From positions 5,394,001 to 5,458,000 of the forward strand of contig NC_086386.1 of the NCBI RefSeq assembly GCF_036588685.1: a DNA stretch of 64,000 nt. Direction: 5' to 3'. The notes beneath the pieces were generated by a model, which saw only the letters and a list, made by a program, of their open reading frames with translations, did not search any database and was not told the origin of the DNA. Of the stretch, positions 40,001 through 53,200 are shown one piece after another; position 1 is the first letter of the stretch; every line of letters starts with the position of its first letter. This stretch comes from Mytilus trossulus. Lineage: Eukaryota. Made by a program: the position numbers and the translations under genes.

Positions 40001-43000
40001 ATTAAAGAAACATAATCTCATGACATCGAATAATTGAATGTAAATGAACAGAAAATACATAATACGGTGTTGTCAAACAAGGTGGGATGAGGCTTTCGAT
40101 ACATACTTCCCACACATCAATGTCCCTCGAAAGTAAAATGTTCTATTTAGGAAACAGTATCACCATACAAACGATTGTGACCAAATAAATTACTGTGAAA
40201 TGAGTTACAATTAAGGTGATTTATTGATTTTTAGTTGATATACGTCCAGGGACGAACATGTCATGCATGTTTAGTGCGACTTACAATGAAGACCTGATAT
40301 TTCATTTCTTTTCTAATTGCAGTTTTCTGACAAATATTGAACCATACATATAAAAGAAATCATATCAATCAATGGTAAAAGTAATACTATTACTAGTATG
40401 TATATTTGTATGAATCACATACAACAGTAAATAGGAGTATAACTGTATTTTCTTTCTGTTAGTCCGGTCGTCTGTTAGTCTGTCTCAAATTAGACTTGAA
40501 TCTAGGTTAACAGTTGTTTTGGATTGAATATATGATTTGAGATGTAGAAAACATTTTCATTATGATTTAAACGTTTAAAAAGATATGACATATTACGGTT
40601 TTTACTCAAATTATATAGTTCACTGACAAGGTTAAAGTTTTTTTGATTAAGTTTACCCTGGCGTTACTTTAACACTAAGTTTATGCCAAATGAAGATACA
40701 ACTGTTTTTTTTTCATATAAATACACAGAAAAACTAGAATAAACAAAGAAACATGTAGCTAAAAGTAAGGATTGCGAAATTATAAAGACTATCATGTATT
40801 TGAGCGGAGTTCCTGGTTCAACGCTCCGTTTTTGAAATGGCAAATACTATATAAGTCAAAAAGGTGGAAACGTGCATCAACTTAAAACAGACACAAAAAA
40901 GGTCAAACGACGGCAACAAATGATAAGCAGTAATTAAAGCCTCTGAATACAAAGTAATAAAGAAAAAAGGAAGAAAAACTTCACAGAAACAAGAAAAAAA
41001 TACTTTTCATAAAAACAATTCATGGTTAACCAAAGATTGAGTAACATTACTAAAACAATATAATATGTTATAACTTCGTTCTTTAAGTAAATAAAAATTA
41101 TATTTTTTTTTTTTTTTTTAAAATACATTTATATAGAGAATAATACATGGCAAAATCCGTATCATATGTCGTATCATCCCGAGACATCAATAACAGCCCA
41201 AGGGCCTTTAGGCCCGAGGGATGATATTGGTCGAGGGTGATACGGCATGTGATACGGATTTTGCCATGTATTATACGCTTTATCATATATTTCAACAGAA
41301 GAGTATTATATTATATGAACTGTTCTCTGATCCACAGCACTGGGTTACCTTCAGTTCTACTTTTGTCTTGTTTCAAAGGCATTAACAGAACTACTCAAAT
41401 ACTTATCCGAAGCATCTTACAATTTGCGTGCTGTTGTTTTAAAAAAAAAATTGTTTATTATTGTACTTATTTGTGTGTTTTGTACTTTTTATAGTTGCAT
41501 TTAGTGTGCTTAGAATATCAAAACTGGACGTTCGTGACGTCACATACAATATAGAGAACTTGACGTTCGTGACGTCACATACCAAACAATGACATCATTA
41601 AAAAAATTGACCTATTTTGAGGAAAATTTTTCTTCTACTTTATGTAAAAAAAAAAAAAAAAAAAAAAAAGTAGGGGTGTGATAAAGAGTAGGGGTGCGAT
41701 AAAGGGTAGGGGTATGATAAAGGGTATGCGATAAAGGGTGCGCATCAAAGTTGCACGATATGGATTAAACAGCAGGCTATTTATCACATATGCAAAACTA
41801 CTGTATTTACTACTAAACATATGATAAATATTTATATCGAATGCATTTCTGCTAACAGTACGGATTTCAAATGTATATATATCGGTATTACAGTATCAAT
41901 CAAAACACACAGTGTCAAATACAAAATGATAATGAAAAACATATCCCCTCTTTATTAATATTATATTTTGATGGATGTCAATCTTTTAAAATTTTGTAAC
42001 GAAAAATAATGTTAGCCATTGAGCGCACCTAATGCATGCAGATTATTCCAGGAACAAATGTTGTACATACAAACGTCATATGTTTTTTGTATACTTCTTC
42101 TCTTTACAATTATTTTTTTATTGACAGATTTTTTAAGTTAAAAATTAAATATAATCTTCTTTTCCAACTGGAAACATATAATTATCTTTATATATTTTCA
42201 AATACGTTTGATCCAAGCAGTTGTTTTGTCTTTGCAGAATGTTAAGTACACTTCATAGAAGTCTGTGAAAGTAGATAGCATTGACAATATGATTAATAAA
42301 TCTAAATGTCATATGAATATATTACAGAATATATATAGGCATGGGTGATGGATACTAAATTGGAAGTAATGACTTGTTAGATGATTTTTGCATGTTTTGT
42401 TGTAGTAGCAATTCAATCATGTTTCTTTAAAGGGTAATATGGTATAGAAGAATTAAGCTGTATGAATATCTAGATCAGTATTGAATTTGAAATTTTTTAT
42501 ATTGTGCTATACATTTTTCTAGATTTATGAATTATTCATATTTTGTCATAGTTCAATCAGCTACTCTTAATTATTACGTGTTTGGTCTGACGATTCATAA
42601 AAAAGATTGACTAATTTAAATTACCGTTTGAATGTAGATATCGGCAGATAATCACTTGACACTACTACTTGAGATTGTCAGATCCTGAGAGCAGCATTTC
42701 CAGTCAGGAAGTACAATGTAAGTGCTTAAAGAAGATGAGCCAAATAGACATTTAAGTCTGGGTTTGAAAACTGGTCATTGAATGAACCTTCGGTCAGTAT
42801 AATCAAAGCGAACCTGGAACGAAGAGACTTCCACCACTATGCAATTTGGGCCATACATTAGGTCTTTTTATTATTAAAAAAAAAAACACAAAAAAATAAC
42901 AATTCGATTTAATTCAACAATTAAAAAAAATCAGACGTCTTAATTCGTACACAAATAAATAAACAAAACCGTGATGATTATTGCTTAAATGTTACAATAG

Positions 43001-45061
43001 TAAATGACATCAATAAAGACGTAACTAATTTTCTTTGGCTTATTACGGGTACTTTTAAAACAAGACCTTTAAACAGATCAATCTAACCCTATCCTTCGAC
43101 AATTAAAATGTTAAGATAAGTTAAAAACTTCCACAAGCACTTAATGTAATCAGGCATATATGTCACGTTTGCATATTAAAAATAGCTTCTTAAAACAAAT
43201 GAATTAAATAATAGTTCTGCAATGTCATTTCCCGTCAAAGTCTGAATGAATATTTTGTTAATCCCAAAGCGAAAATAAAACAATTACCAGACCCGATGTC
43301 CTGTAGCAATGAACTCAATAATGTTCTGTAAAGTATTATATAACTATCATAAAATGTCAATAACTCACTCATTTGTAACCTTTTAATGAGTTTTCTCTGC
43401 ATAAAGATGATGATATGCTCATTGACTGTAAAACTGATAATGAAATGTTCAAACAACTTGTTGAGTAAAATCTGTTTAGATAATGTTGTGATTGTTTTAT
43501 CATAGTTGTCATTCAAATAAACTTAAAGGGTATCTGCAGCTTGGTTCACTTTACAGGAAGTTTATTGTATTTGAATCGTTCACACAGGAAAAAATAAGAA
43601 TGAGAATCACTATTAGGCCCTGGAAATTGCAACAAGTGTAAAATTCCTCAAGCTTTTCAAAATGTAGTTAATTTAATTGGTAAGAGAAAATTACTTGAGG
43701 TCTGACTTCATATCATAACAAGTGGAACCTTACATATTTGAATATTAATTGCTTGCAATTGATGTCGACGCCTTTCCTTAACAAATTGGTATCGCGTCAA
43801 CCAAATTTTGATAATCTTATGAACATCTACATAATGATCTGTGATAGAGGTTTAATACTTTTTTAACGACTTCTAGGTACCATTAGACCAATAGTCAAAT
43901 CACAGCGGTTTTACTGATCCATTTACAAGTTGACGTATTGCTAGGAATAATAAATTTAAACGTCAATGAGATTAAAACAATCTTAAAAAACGCATAAAAT
44001 TCGACACCTGTGTCGCATCAAACATTCAACAAAAAACTAATGTTTATGCCATATGTCTAGGTTGGACATTAGAAAATCGCAATTAAAGAAACATGTTAAA
44101 TGAACACATGTGTGTATTTCTTGTACTCTATATCAGTAGGATAGCAAACACAAAGAGGAATACAAGCAGTTTGAAATGTACTCCCTCTATAATGCATTCG
44201 TGTAAATGCCAATAAACAAATGAACCAAAATAGTTAGTTATACTGTATTAGAGAAAACCTTAATTATTGAGAGAAAACTTACAACATAATCTGCAGATTT
44301 AAAAGCGATGTCCTGTAAACGGAGTGTGGCCTAACATGTTAATACTTAACTATTGTTGAATATATAATAAAAAAGGTGGTGTTCTTGACAAGGAGACAAC
44401 TATCCACAAGAGACAAAACTAACTCAGGAATTAACATTTACGAGTAAAATCATACCGCATAGTCAGCTATTATAAAAAGACCCCTAAAACAATTCAAAAC
44501 AAAACTAACGAAGACCTCTTAATAGACCGATTGGGTTTTTCTTTGAGTTGTGTAGGACAGGTGCTATAATTTCCAAAATCAAAATGTTAAGTAATTATTT
44601 TACAAATCATACCTGTCAAAGCAATCCAACAAAAATGTAATAAATTTATCAACAATCTAACTATTAAATAGCGGAATGTGCCCAAAAATACATATATTAG
44701 ATAATTTGGCAAACAAATTCGTATGATAAGGTCATAAAGATGTCACAACAATGCAATAAACAAACTGAGCGAAAGCAAGACAAAAATGAAGTTTAATACA
44801 AATAGAGAGGCTGCATGAGTATGTTACAGATTGTTCAGTTGACGATTTCAGATTCGTGGAATAAAACAAAATAAAACATATAATAATCAAAACAAATAAA
44901 CAAGCAAAACAATACGTAACTAAAATACATACATTGTATGTGTTCATACTGAAACGTTAAATATCTATAGGAAAGTGTAATCTAATTGCCCTACCTGTGT
45001 CTAATTGAGTATCTATAATTAATGATAAAACTGCTATTTCCAATAATCGCCATGAATCCAT
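31031..45061 (-). CDS. CA10: Carbonic anhydrase-related protein (CA10/CARP X-like), 10 coding exons, 963 nt, 320 aa, probably secreted and acatalytic
   Basis: Exons 45061-44995, 38178-38131, 36771-36635, 35227-35036, 34482-34387, 33933-33867, 33063-32909, 32112-31987, 31483-31444, 31065-31031. All introns GT-AG and phases join into one open frame. Alpha-CA motifs [44 protein letters not shown]. Zn-ligand positions read EIKIHFG and EIQLYGYN, as in CARP X/XI. Confidence 0.93.
31444..31483 (-). CDS. CA10: CA10-like exon 9 (DDDCYTMKLTSYE)
   Basis: ttcttacag acceptor, G|gtgag donor; C-terminal Cys as in CARP X. Confidence 0.8.
31771..31812 (-). ncRNA. Hammerhead ribozyme copy in CA10-like intron 8, sense to the gene
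   Basis: Reverse complement CATCA-CTGATGA-GTCT tatgt AGAC-GAAAC-GTGA-GTC-TGGCG; core intact, loop III non-palindromic, one helix I mismatch. Confidence 0.75.
31987..32112 (-). CDS. CA10: CA10-like exon 8 (LRSLRIL...NNFRSITSGHGRLIRTNIKSKVK)
   Basis: NNFR and RxIRTNI motifs; ttcttcag acceptor, gtacgt donor. Confidence 0.92.
32326..32495 (-). mobile_element. Internally deleted PLE 3' fragment in CA10-like intron 7
   Basis: Joins sequence matching 63293-63388 directly to sequence matching 63637-63710. Confidence 0.8.
32909..33063 (-). CDS. CA10: CA10-like exon 7 (...[25 protein letters not shown]...)
   Basis: Hallmark alpha-CA TYxGSLTxPxCxExVTW motif; canonical splice sites. Confidence 0.96.
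33867..33933 (-). CDS. CA10: CA10-like exon 6 (VSEEDNVNFDALIQPIDKVHFKG)
   Basis: ttacag acceptor, G|gtcag donor, phase 0 to 1. Confidence 0.88.
34387..34482 (-). CDS. CA10: CA10-like exon 5 (IQLYGYNAEIHKNSTQALNSPNGIASISILAL)
   Basis: poly-T tag acceptor, gtttgt donor, 32 codons in phase 0. Confidence 0.92.
34749..35060 (-). repeat. Tandem array of exon-4 3' end plus splice donor (33-bp core unit)
   Basis: TTCCCTTTAGAG|GTAAATTGTACTAT-type unit repeated; donor positions 35036, 35003, 34970, 34937, 34904, 34860, 34805, 34761. Confidence 0.95.
35036..35227 (-). CDS. CA10: CA10-like exon 4 (IKGILLNTGR...EIKIHFG...GSEHSIGGKKFPLE)
   Basis: NTG, GGPL, xxHFG, GSEH motifs; poly-T cag acceptor, gtaaat donor. 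Confidence 0.95.
36635..36771 (-). CDS. CA10: CA10-like exon 3 (AEYWGK...CSKGKYQSPINIDP...QNK)
   Basis: QSPINI motif; tttcag acceptor, gtaac donor; within ORF 36509..36826. Confidence 0.95.
38131..38178 (-). CDS. CA10: CA10-like exon 2 (VCGTLWSEWWTYSGVSG)
   Basis: tttttcag acceptor, G|gtat donor, WWTY motif typical of CARP N-termini. Confidence 0.9.
41129..41827 (-). mobile_element. Small non-autonomous element with terminal hairpin (same architecture, opposite orientation)
   Basis: Hairpin about 41139-41275 with GGGCCtttaGGCCC apex; TTATCATAT (41280) inverted to ATATGATAA (41819-41827). Confidence 0.65.
44995..45061 (-). CDS. CA10: CA10-like exon 1 (MDSWRLLEIAVLSLIIDTQLDT, signal-peptide-like)
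   Basis: aaaATG context, hydrophobic core, phase-1 donor G|GTAG matching exon 2 phase; least certain exon because it has no CA motif. Confidence 0.7.
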
Positions 45062-47420
45062 TTTAAATATACTTTTACAATTAATTATAACGTAGGAAAC
45101 TATGTAGTTATAACATTCACACTGTATATTGGATATTAGATTAATTCATATATTAATTTAGTTAATTTCTTAACACTGGTATTTTACCAGCTGGAATCCC
45201 AGTGTAAAACCATTAATCTGTTTCTGTAGATTTATATCGTTTAGTTAATCAATAGTTCCTTATATGGAGAGTTTTGTGTGGTTAAATATTCCAATCCTAA
45301 ACTCGCACAGTTGCGTTGGGAGGGATTAGTGATAAGAAAACACTCATTATATTTAGATTTTTTCATGTTAGAAGCATAAAAATGGATAGTTAACCATTTT
45401 CTAGAAGAAATAGTTTATATTTGCAGGATATGCCCGAAGGTACGATAAAATACATTAGCTTATTGAAAAAGTGCTCTCTAGTATTACATGATATTAAATT
45501 TCAGAACACTATTATTCCATTTCATTTTGTTATACTATGCAAAAAATATACACTAACCTATAAAAAGAAGATGTGGTATGATTGCCAATGAGACAACTCT
45601 CCACAGGAGACCAACATGACATTGAAATAAATAACTTTAGGTCTCAGTACGGCGTACTATTTTGGAATAAAATAATTTGAAAACAAGTCTTATGTAGTTG
45701 ATTTGTATTTTTACTGCTATGGGTCGTATGACTTTACCTTGTGCAGGGAAAATCAAACACTAGATATCTAAATAAAAAAAACATTCAGATAACATATAAG
45801 ATAGAGTAGTTAATTATTGTTAAAACCTCATACATGAATTTAGAAGATACACAATGAAAAAAATAACAATTAGATGAACTCAAAAATGCGTCGACTTAAG
45901 ATTATTAATTCCAATTTAAAAAAACAGAACGATCAGGAAGTATCAAACGAAAAAATTAAAAACTTATACGTCTGCCACATTACTATTAATATTGTCGAAA
46001 CGGATATACCCCACAGAACCAGTAGTGCTTAGGAAAAGTAGGCAGATAAATCTTAATAAGTGGCACCTAACGTTATGCTCATAGGGATTTAAATATCAGT
46101 GATAACATTAATATACTTAGTGTATATATTATTCAAAACATTCCCCTGTATAAATCCTGATGTAGGAATTTCGTGGGGGAAGTTGTCTTCTTGTTTTGTT
46201 TACACTTCGTTGTCAATGATATGGCATTTGTCGACTTTTATTCAAGTGAGATGATTATTTAGATATAAAACCAGGTTCATAGATAAAAAAAGATGTGGTA
46301 TGAGTGCCAATGAGACAACTCTTCATTGGAATAATAATTAATAAAAGTAAACCATTATAGGTCAAGGTACGGCCTTCAACACAGAACTTTGGCTCATACC
46401 GAACAACAAGTTTCAAAGGGCCCTAAAAATTACTAATGTAAACCGATTCAAACGGGAAAACCAACGGTTTGATCTATATAAAAAAAACGAGAAACGAGAA
46501 ACACGTACAAATTACATAAACAAACGACAACTACTGTACATCAGATTCACCATTTTCTACATAAGCTTTTGAGACAATGCCTGCCCCAGTTCAGGCTAAG
46601 ATGTTGATTTGCCATTCATTTGATGTGTTTGAGCATTTGATAAGGGACTTTCCATTTTGAATTTTTCTCAGAGTTCATGATTATTATGTGATTATTTTTT
46701 TTTAAATACAATTTGATGATATATTTTTTTAATATGTATGTTCCAATTTAAGAAAATAACGAGACAAAGATCAATCATCTTTTGATCGACCGTCAAGAAA
46801 GAATCTTTTTGTCAAAACAAGCGTAACACGTATACGTTTATGTTAATCCTGGTATCTATAATGAGGTTAAGTTATCTATATACCAAACAACAAAGAAGAG
46901 AAGTACTACATTAGGTACAAAAAACAACACAATGACAGGATGTATCAGTACAGAGTCCCTTCAAATGGATATCATCAAATACAGGTTAAACAATTACAGT
47001 GATTTTCGGAAAGACCAATTAAAGAATACTAAAACACGTTATCAAGATGATTAACAATGTATAATACATTTTCAAATCACATTTCGTTTTTTGTTCCACA
47101 TCATATCAATATTTATTTAATCTTAAACGTTGGATAAACCTTTGTTTTTATAATAGAAATGTACAAATCCGTAATTTTTTCTTCATTTGTTTGTTTACTA
47201 TTTTATTAAAAACTCAGTTATTAAAATCACATGTTGGATTATTTAATTATCACCCAGAATCTAGTATTTTGTTTAACAAAAAGAATACATTATGTTTTGT
47301 ATATATAAAAAAATGTTAACTTGCAAGGTTGTAGAGAAATCTTTTTATTTTAGGAATTTTGGTCCTCAATGCTCTTCAACTTCTTACTTTATTTGGCCTT
47401 TAAACTTTTTTAGATTCGAG

Positions 47421-47462
47421 CTTCACTGCTGAGTCTTTTGTAGGCGAAACCCGCGTCTGGCG
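47421..47462 (+). ncRNA. Degenerate hammerhead ribozyme copy (core CTGCTGA)
   Basis: CTTCA-CTGCTGA-GTCT tttgt AGGC-GAAAC-CCGC-GTC-TGGCG; conserved core A changed to C. Confidence 0.55.
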
Positions 47463-48029
47463 TATGTGCAAAATCTAGTCCTGGTATCTATGGTGAGTTT
47501 ATTTGTGTATGACATTTTTTACTGATCTCAATTGCATTTTGTTTGATCTTACTTTATATTATTGTATTTATTTTGTGATTTCAAATTGGTCAAACTCAAA
47601 ATGTTCTTAAGGGGAATCGGAACTACTTGTCTGCACATAATTTCACGCATGAATTACCATGCACTAGAACAGTTTGTGTCGCAAATTCACTATCATTTCG
47701 TTATTATTTTGATTGATTGAAAATGTTAAGTTATTGTATTTTTGTTACTAAAAATCATTACCGTTATCATGTGTGACTGGTAAAGATAAAAATGACAATA
47801 CACACAATTTCACCATTTTCCCGTCAACATTTTAGGTTTTAGGCAAAATATATTTTTTCCATATCGGTGACCTTTATTTTTATTTGCTCATTCTTTGAAG
47901 AAATATTTCAGCTTTTGATATCACAGTTTTGGACCAAGTGTTATAAAGCGGTTTTTCTATATTCCAATCAAAATATATCATTACCTCTATTTTCTCTATC
48001 AATTCATTGAAAAGTGGTCCCTTTTACAT

Positions 48030-48310
48030 AGATATAGGAAGATGTGGTGTGAGTGCCAATGAGACAACTCTCCATCCAAATAACAATTTAAAAATTAAAC
48101 CATTATAGGTTAAAGTACGGCCTTCAACAAGGAGCCTTGGCTCACACCGAACAACAAGCTATAAAGGGCCCCAAAATTACTTGTGTAAAACCATTCAAAC
48201 GGGAAAACCAACGGTCTAATCTATGTAAACAAAACGAGAAACGAGAAACACGTATATATTACATAAACAAACGACAACTACTGTACATCAGATTCCTGAC
48301 TTAGGACAGG
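48030..48310 (-). mobile_element. Young 5'-truncated retroelement tail (abundant family, probably PLE 3' UTR)
   Basis: Near-identical inverted copy at 8929-9122; flanked by TACAT (48025-48029, 48311-48315); related copies near 8365, 13630, 23870, 26690, 45560, 46279. Confidence 0.75.
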
Positions 48311-50194
48311 TACATGCCTGTTTAAAATTAATTTTTCGAGCTGAAATGGTCTAGGACCTCCTATTTTTGTCGACCAATTTTATTCACTCTCTGTAAAGAG
48401 TAAACACATACGGCCTTCTGACAGAAACTTCGAATAGGCCTTGTCCACCTTTAATTTCATTATACATGTGTATTTTTATTTGGTTTTCCATCTTTATACT
48501 GTATTATATATACAAATTAAAAACTGTGTTGCAGTAGTTCAAAATATACAGAAAAGTCAATTTATCAAAACAAAACAATGACCCACTTAACACATAAACA
48601 TTCTAAATACAAAATGGTTTTCTCAAAGGAACAAAGATACATAAAAAAGTTGTAAACAAATTGTTATTCTAAATTATAAATATTAATTGTTTTATTTTTC
48701 TTTGCTCTTAAAATCGAAATCAATTGTCATGGAACAAAACATGAAAGCAAATAAGCAAAGCTTATCAATCGATATACGAGCGTGAAAGGCAAAATACCAT
48801 GCAATTTATTAACATACTAAATTATTTCAAAGAAACTTTAAGTCATTGCAGGCATAGTTTGTTATCATACTTAAATCTGGCTGCTATTTTGCAAATATAA
48901 AGACTGCTAGTTGAGCGGATTCCACTGTTCTGTATATAGTGTTCACTAATTTGTATGCTATTTTTACTTTTACTTACTAGATGTTGTCACACATAAAGAA
49001 CACAATTTTCTGCAAATGTTTGAAAAAGAAGGGAAAAAAAGCATAAGAGAAACAGATTCCAATACTTAAATCTTGAATTATCATAGGTCTCCACTCTCAT
49101 CAAGTAAACTTTAATTATTTAAAAAGGTCGGCAAACCTCGGGCTTTAAATATAAAAAAAAAATAACTGTCTTGAGTGGAGAAATATTTTAGCACACTTGT
49201 TGCAATTAAAGAATCCATATTTATAAAGTCAACGATTTAAAAAATTAATAAAATATGATTGTTAAACTTTGCTTATTTCATATTGAATGGTTCCGTCTGA
49301 TTTCTCCTCTTGTTTATTGAATTTTTCACGAATTTGCAACTTACTTCAGCTTTTTAATTTCGTGAACAAATACAATAATACACGAAAACAGATATGTTTA
49401 ATAGTAGTTTGACCACGTTTCATGGCTAAAAGAATATTTGAACGGAAAAAGGGTTAGTTTTTTAAAAGGAAAAAACTTATCGTGAACAACACAGCGCCTC
49501 AAATAACTTCACAATGCAGGAATTTTCAAAACGCTTTTCTTGTACATGCAATATGTAGAACATTTGAAGAGTTGCTGGACTTTTTTATTTCCCGTACAGG
49601 GAGCGGGGAACTCCTATAATAAAAGGCATCAAAGCTAGCAAGCAGTTTGGGATTTTTTTTTTATATTCATCAAAATCAAAACGGACATTTTCTAAGAAAG
49701 AGAATTAAGGACAAATTGAAAAGTACAGATTACAATATCTACCTTAGTGAACCCTTTACATATGATAAGATGAGGATACCCCATTTCGGCTCTAATAATG
49801 CCTTACTTAAAGAGAGACACACATACAACATTCCCCCTAAACTCAACACCTCACATTGACAATAATATATTTAATCTCATAAAACCACATGAATTTGCAG
49901 TGAACTCAAGTTTAAGACCCTCATATGAATAATCGTGAACAAATAAAAAGGAAAAAGTAAAACAAAGACTGGTGGTGAATAGTGAGATTATATAAACACA
50001 TCAATTACTTACAAAATGGATTTCAAAGTCAATTCGATTCAATTTTGTAATAATAAGCCCCCTTTATATAACAAAAAGGACTCACTTCCCAGGCATAATT
50101 TACCTTGGACGTATTTTGGCACAAATTATTTGGAATGGATCATCAATGCTCTTCAACTTCATACTTGTTTGGCTTTATAAATATTTGATATGAG

Positions 50195-50236
50195 CGTCAC
50201 TGATGAGTCTTATGTAGACGAAACGCGCTTCTGGCG
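50195..50236 (+). ncRNA. Hammerhead ribozyme copy (cleavage triplet TTC)
   Basis: CGTCA-CTGATGA-GTCT tatgt AGAC-GAAAC-GCGC-TTC-TGGCG, within repeat about 50080-50270. Confidence 0.7.
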
Positions 50237-53200
50237 TACTAAGTTATAATCCTGGTACCTTTGATAACTATATTCCCTCTTCTGAATATATAAAACTGAT
50301 TAGCACAATGTCAAGATGTAGAATTATTCAATTCCTCGTTAATATGATCTCATATCGAAACTTTCCCACTGAACCTAGTTGTGATTAGATGAATTTCAAT
50401 GGACTCTTTGATTTAGTGAAAAATCATTCGTATCAGACAAACATCATTCCATCCTTCATTTTACAATTTCAGAGTTTGACAGCTGTACATTTCATGATAA
50501 AGTAATCTGAACAATATACATTTTACTGGCGACAACAAATATTAGAAAAAGATATACGAGTTTGTTTTCATAATTCTACAGAATCTTTGACTGATTAAAA
50601 GCTTTGTGGTGATGACTCGGCGTAATATTAGAATGGGACATTTATTACTTCTGTTTATACATCGTCCATAGCCATTCATTTTCTGTATCATCAAATTAAT
50701 TGTTTGCCATACAAAGTGTCTTTTCAAACAAAGTGTTTTATCAATCATGTTTTGTTCCTTTATGAATTTAGGAAAATGTGGTCATTAATAGAATGATACG
50801 ATAGCCTTTATCTTGTAATTCGACTAAATTTGCAAATAACAAAAATCATTACAACATTGGTAAACAAAAATATTCTCTTTTTGTCACTTGTTTTGGTATA
50901 TTTTCATGGATTGAAATAGAAAAGACAGTTTGTAGGTTTGAAAGGTAGTAAAAATACAAAGCGTCAGTATACATTTGTACAGCTATTAATAATCTGCAAT
51001 GTCAAATATTATATACTACACACCTGTCTCTGATATTATTGGTGTATTTGAAATGCGTTACTAAAGTTGTATTCATAATATTATCTTTACATGTTATTCA
51101 ACATTTTAAGTCCTTACTATTGAAACATGTTTGAAATACATTTTATAAAATAAAACTGTAAATGAAAAATTCATTATAAGTATTCAAGTACACTTTGAAT
51201 GATAATACCTGTTCTTTAAGTCCAAGTAGGCATTAAACGCAGTTGAACTCTTGGCTTATAAATATACAAATTTCAGATGCCAAGAAGTAATTGTATTTGA
51301 ATCCAACATAGCAATTATCGTAAACGAAAAAAGACGTGGGTTGGATTTGAACGCCAAGAGATACCATTCACGAATCCGAAAGCAAAATATATATCATCTA
51401 ATTACGTTATCTGCAATTTAAAATTTTCTAAAAACAATAAATATTTAGAGTAAGGCGAAATAATAAATTTATAAAACTACCAGAGATCTTCTATCATTAC
51501 CATAATTCAAATAAACGACAAATACATTGAAAATGTAAAATATAACTGAAGACAGCACATGCAAAATAATATCATTTTGATATGCAAAGAGAAAACTTTG
51601 AATTTGTTCGACATGCTATGTGAACTACTGCGGATTCATTAATATTTGCATGTTCATGGATATTTAGTTTCGTGGGTTTTCCAAAGTCTGCATAGCAGCC
51701 TATATAAAAATGTGTCATTCGTTGTACGTTTAAATTCATGGTTCACTTGAAATATCGAAACCAACAAATACTTTTGAATGTATAGTTACATTTACTGTAG
51801 AGGCGGTTATTTTTGTCCTAGAGATGTTTACAAAAGAAATCCCTCTAGATATGATTTGTCTTCTAAAAATAACGAGTTATATTTTTCAACCTCAATCTAC
51901 TATTATATACACTCTAATTAAAAGATAGTTGTCTTATTTGTTTGTTAAATATTCGCTGTTGTTTATTGTAAATGTACCGTGAGTTCTATATATTCTAAAA
52001 ATGTGTTTTGTTCTTTATTCATTTTACTTTGTGGTTAGTATACTTTCAATCTAGTTGAGAAATTTATAGTTGCTGCATCTATCGGTTTATGAGTCATTTC
52101 AATTTTAAACCTCATATATGAAAACAAGGTTACGTCATTGGTTTAATTTCAAATGTTTAGGACCAACGTTTTGTTGTAATTTAAAAAAAAATTAACCAGA
52201 ATGCATTAGGTTTTGAAACTACAAATTGTAAAGATGAACCAACTGACTGATTGCTTTACTTCCAGTTTTAAAAAAAGAATAGCATAGAAAAGACGCTGTT
52301 CTGTATACATATTTGTTATTTATTTTTAGTATTTCGCATTTTCGTCTCTAGTACATCAATTGCATTTCCTGTCTTATTCAATCTTACACATTGCTATTAT
52401 TTTCTACTCGACATTGGCAAATATTAAAACATCATGTTCTTTAATTTTTAATTTCGTTTTATCACATAAATATATGACAATATACAACATAGCAATTCCA
52501 ATAATCTATTTCTTTTATCCAATATTTCATACAAGTGTCACATTTCAAATAATAGACCGTAATGGAAACAATTATTAAGCCTTGATATTTGAAGTTGTTT
52601 CTGACCTTTCGATTAATTACCATTGTATACAATGTAATTAAATGTTATTACAGCGTTCTTCTCAAATCTAATGACCATATTGTTTTGTCAACAGTATTGT
52701 ATTTCATTTCCCTTTAATCATAGGCGTTTAATGATAATGAAACCTATAATTAGGAATAGGAATATCATAAACACTGTCCCTTCTCAATATTAGATTAAAT
52801 ATCCTACTTTTAGAAATAAGCTGTTTTATGTTTATTTGATAATGTTTTCTATATAATTGATTGATCACTTTATTGTGTGTGTGTGTATGCTGTTGTTCTT
52901 CAGTTGAACTTATTCTTTGTTTGTTTACCTGCTTATTTATGTGATATGTATGTTCAAACATATACAACAAAACGACGGAAAGTTTGTTAGTTCATGCCAG
53001 TCAAGTTTAATGTTTAAGCAATGCCACGATTCAGCTATATATTTGGTTGTTCAAAAACATCATTGAACAAAACAAAAGGTGCGAGGAATTCAGACAAATG
53101 TGAAATCAATAGCTATAGCCTGTGGATAAGTTTTAATAAAATGTAAGCATCAGATAGAAAAAGCTTTGGGATTTTTGTTGTCATCTGCAAAGCCTTCTCT

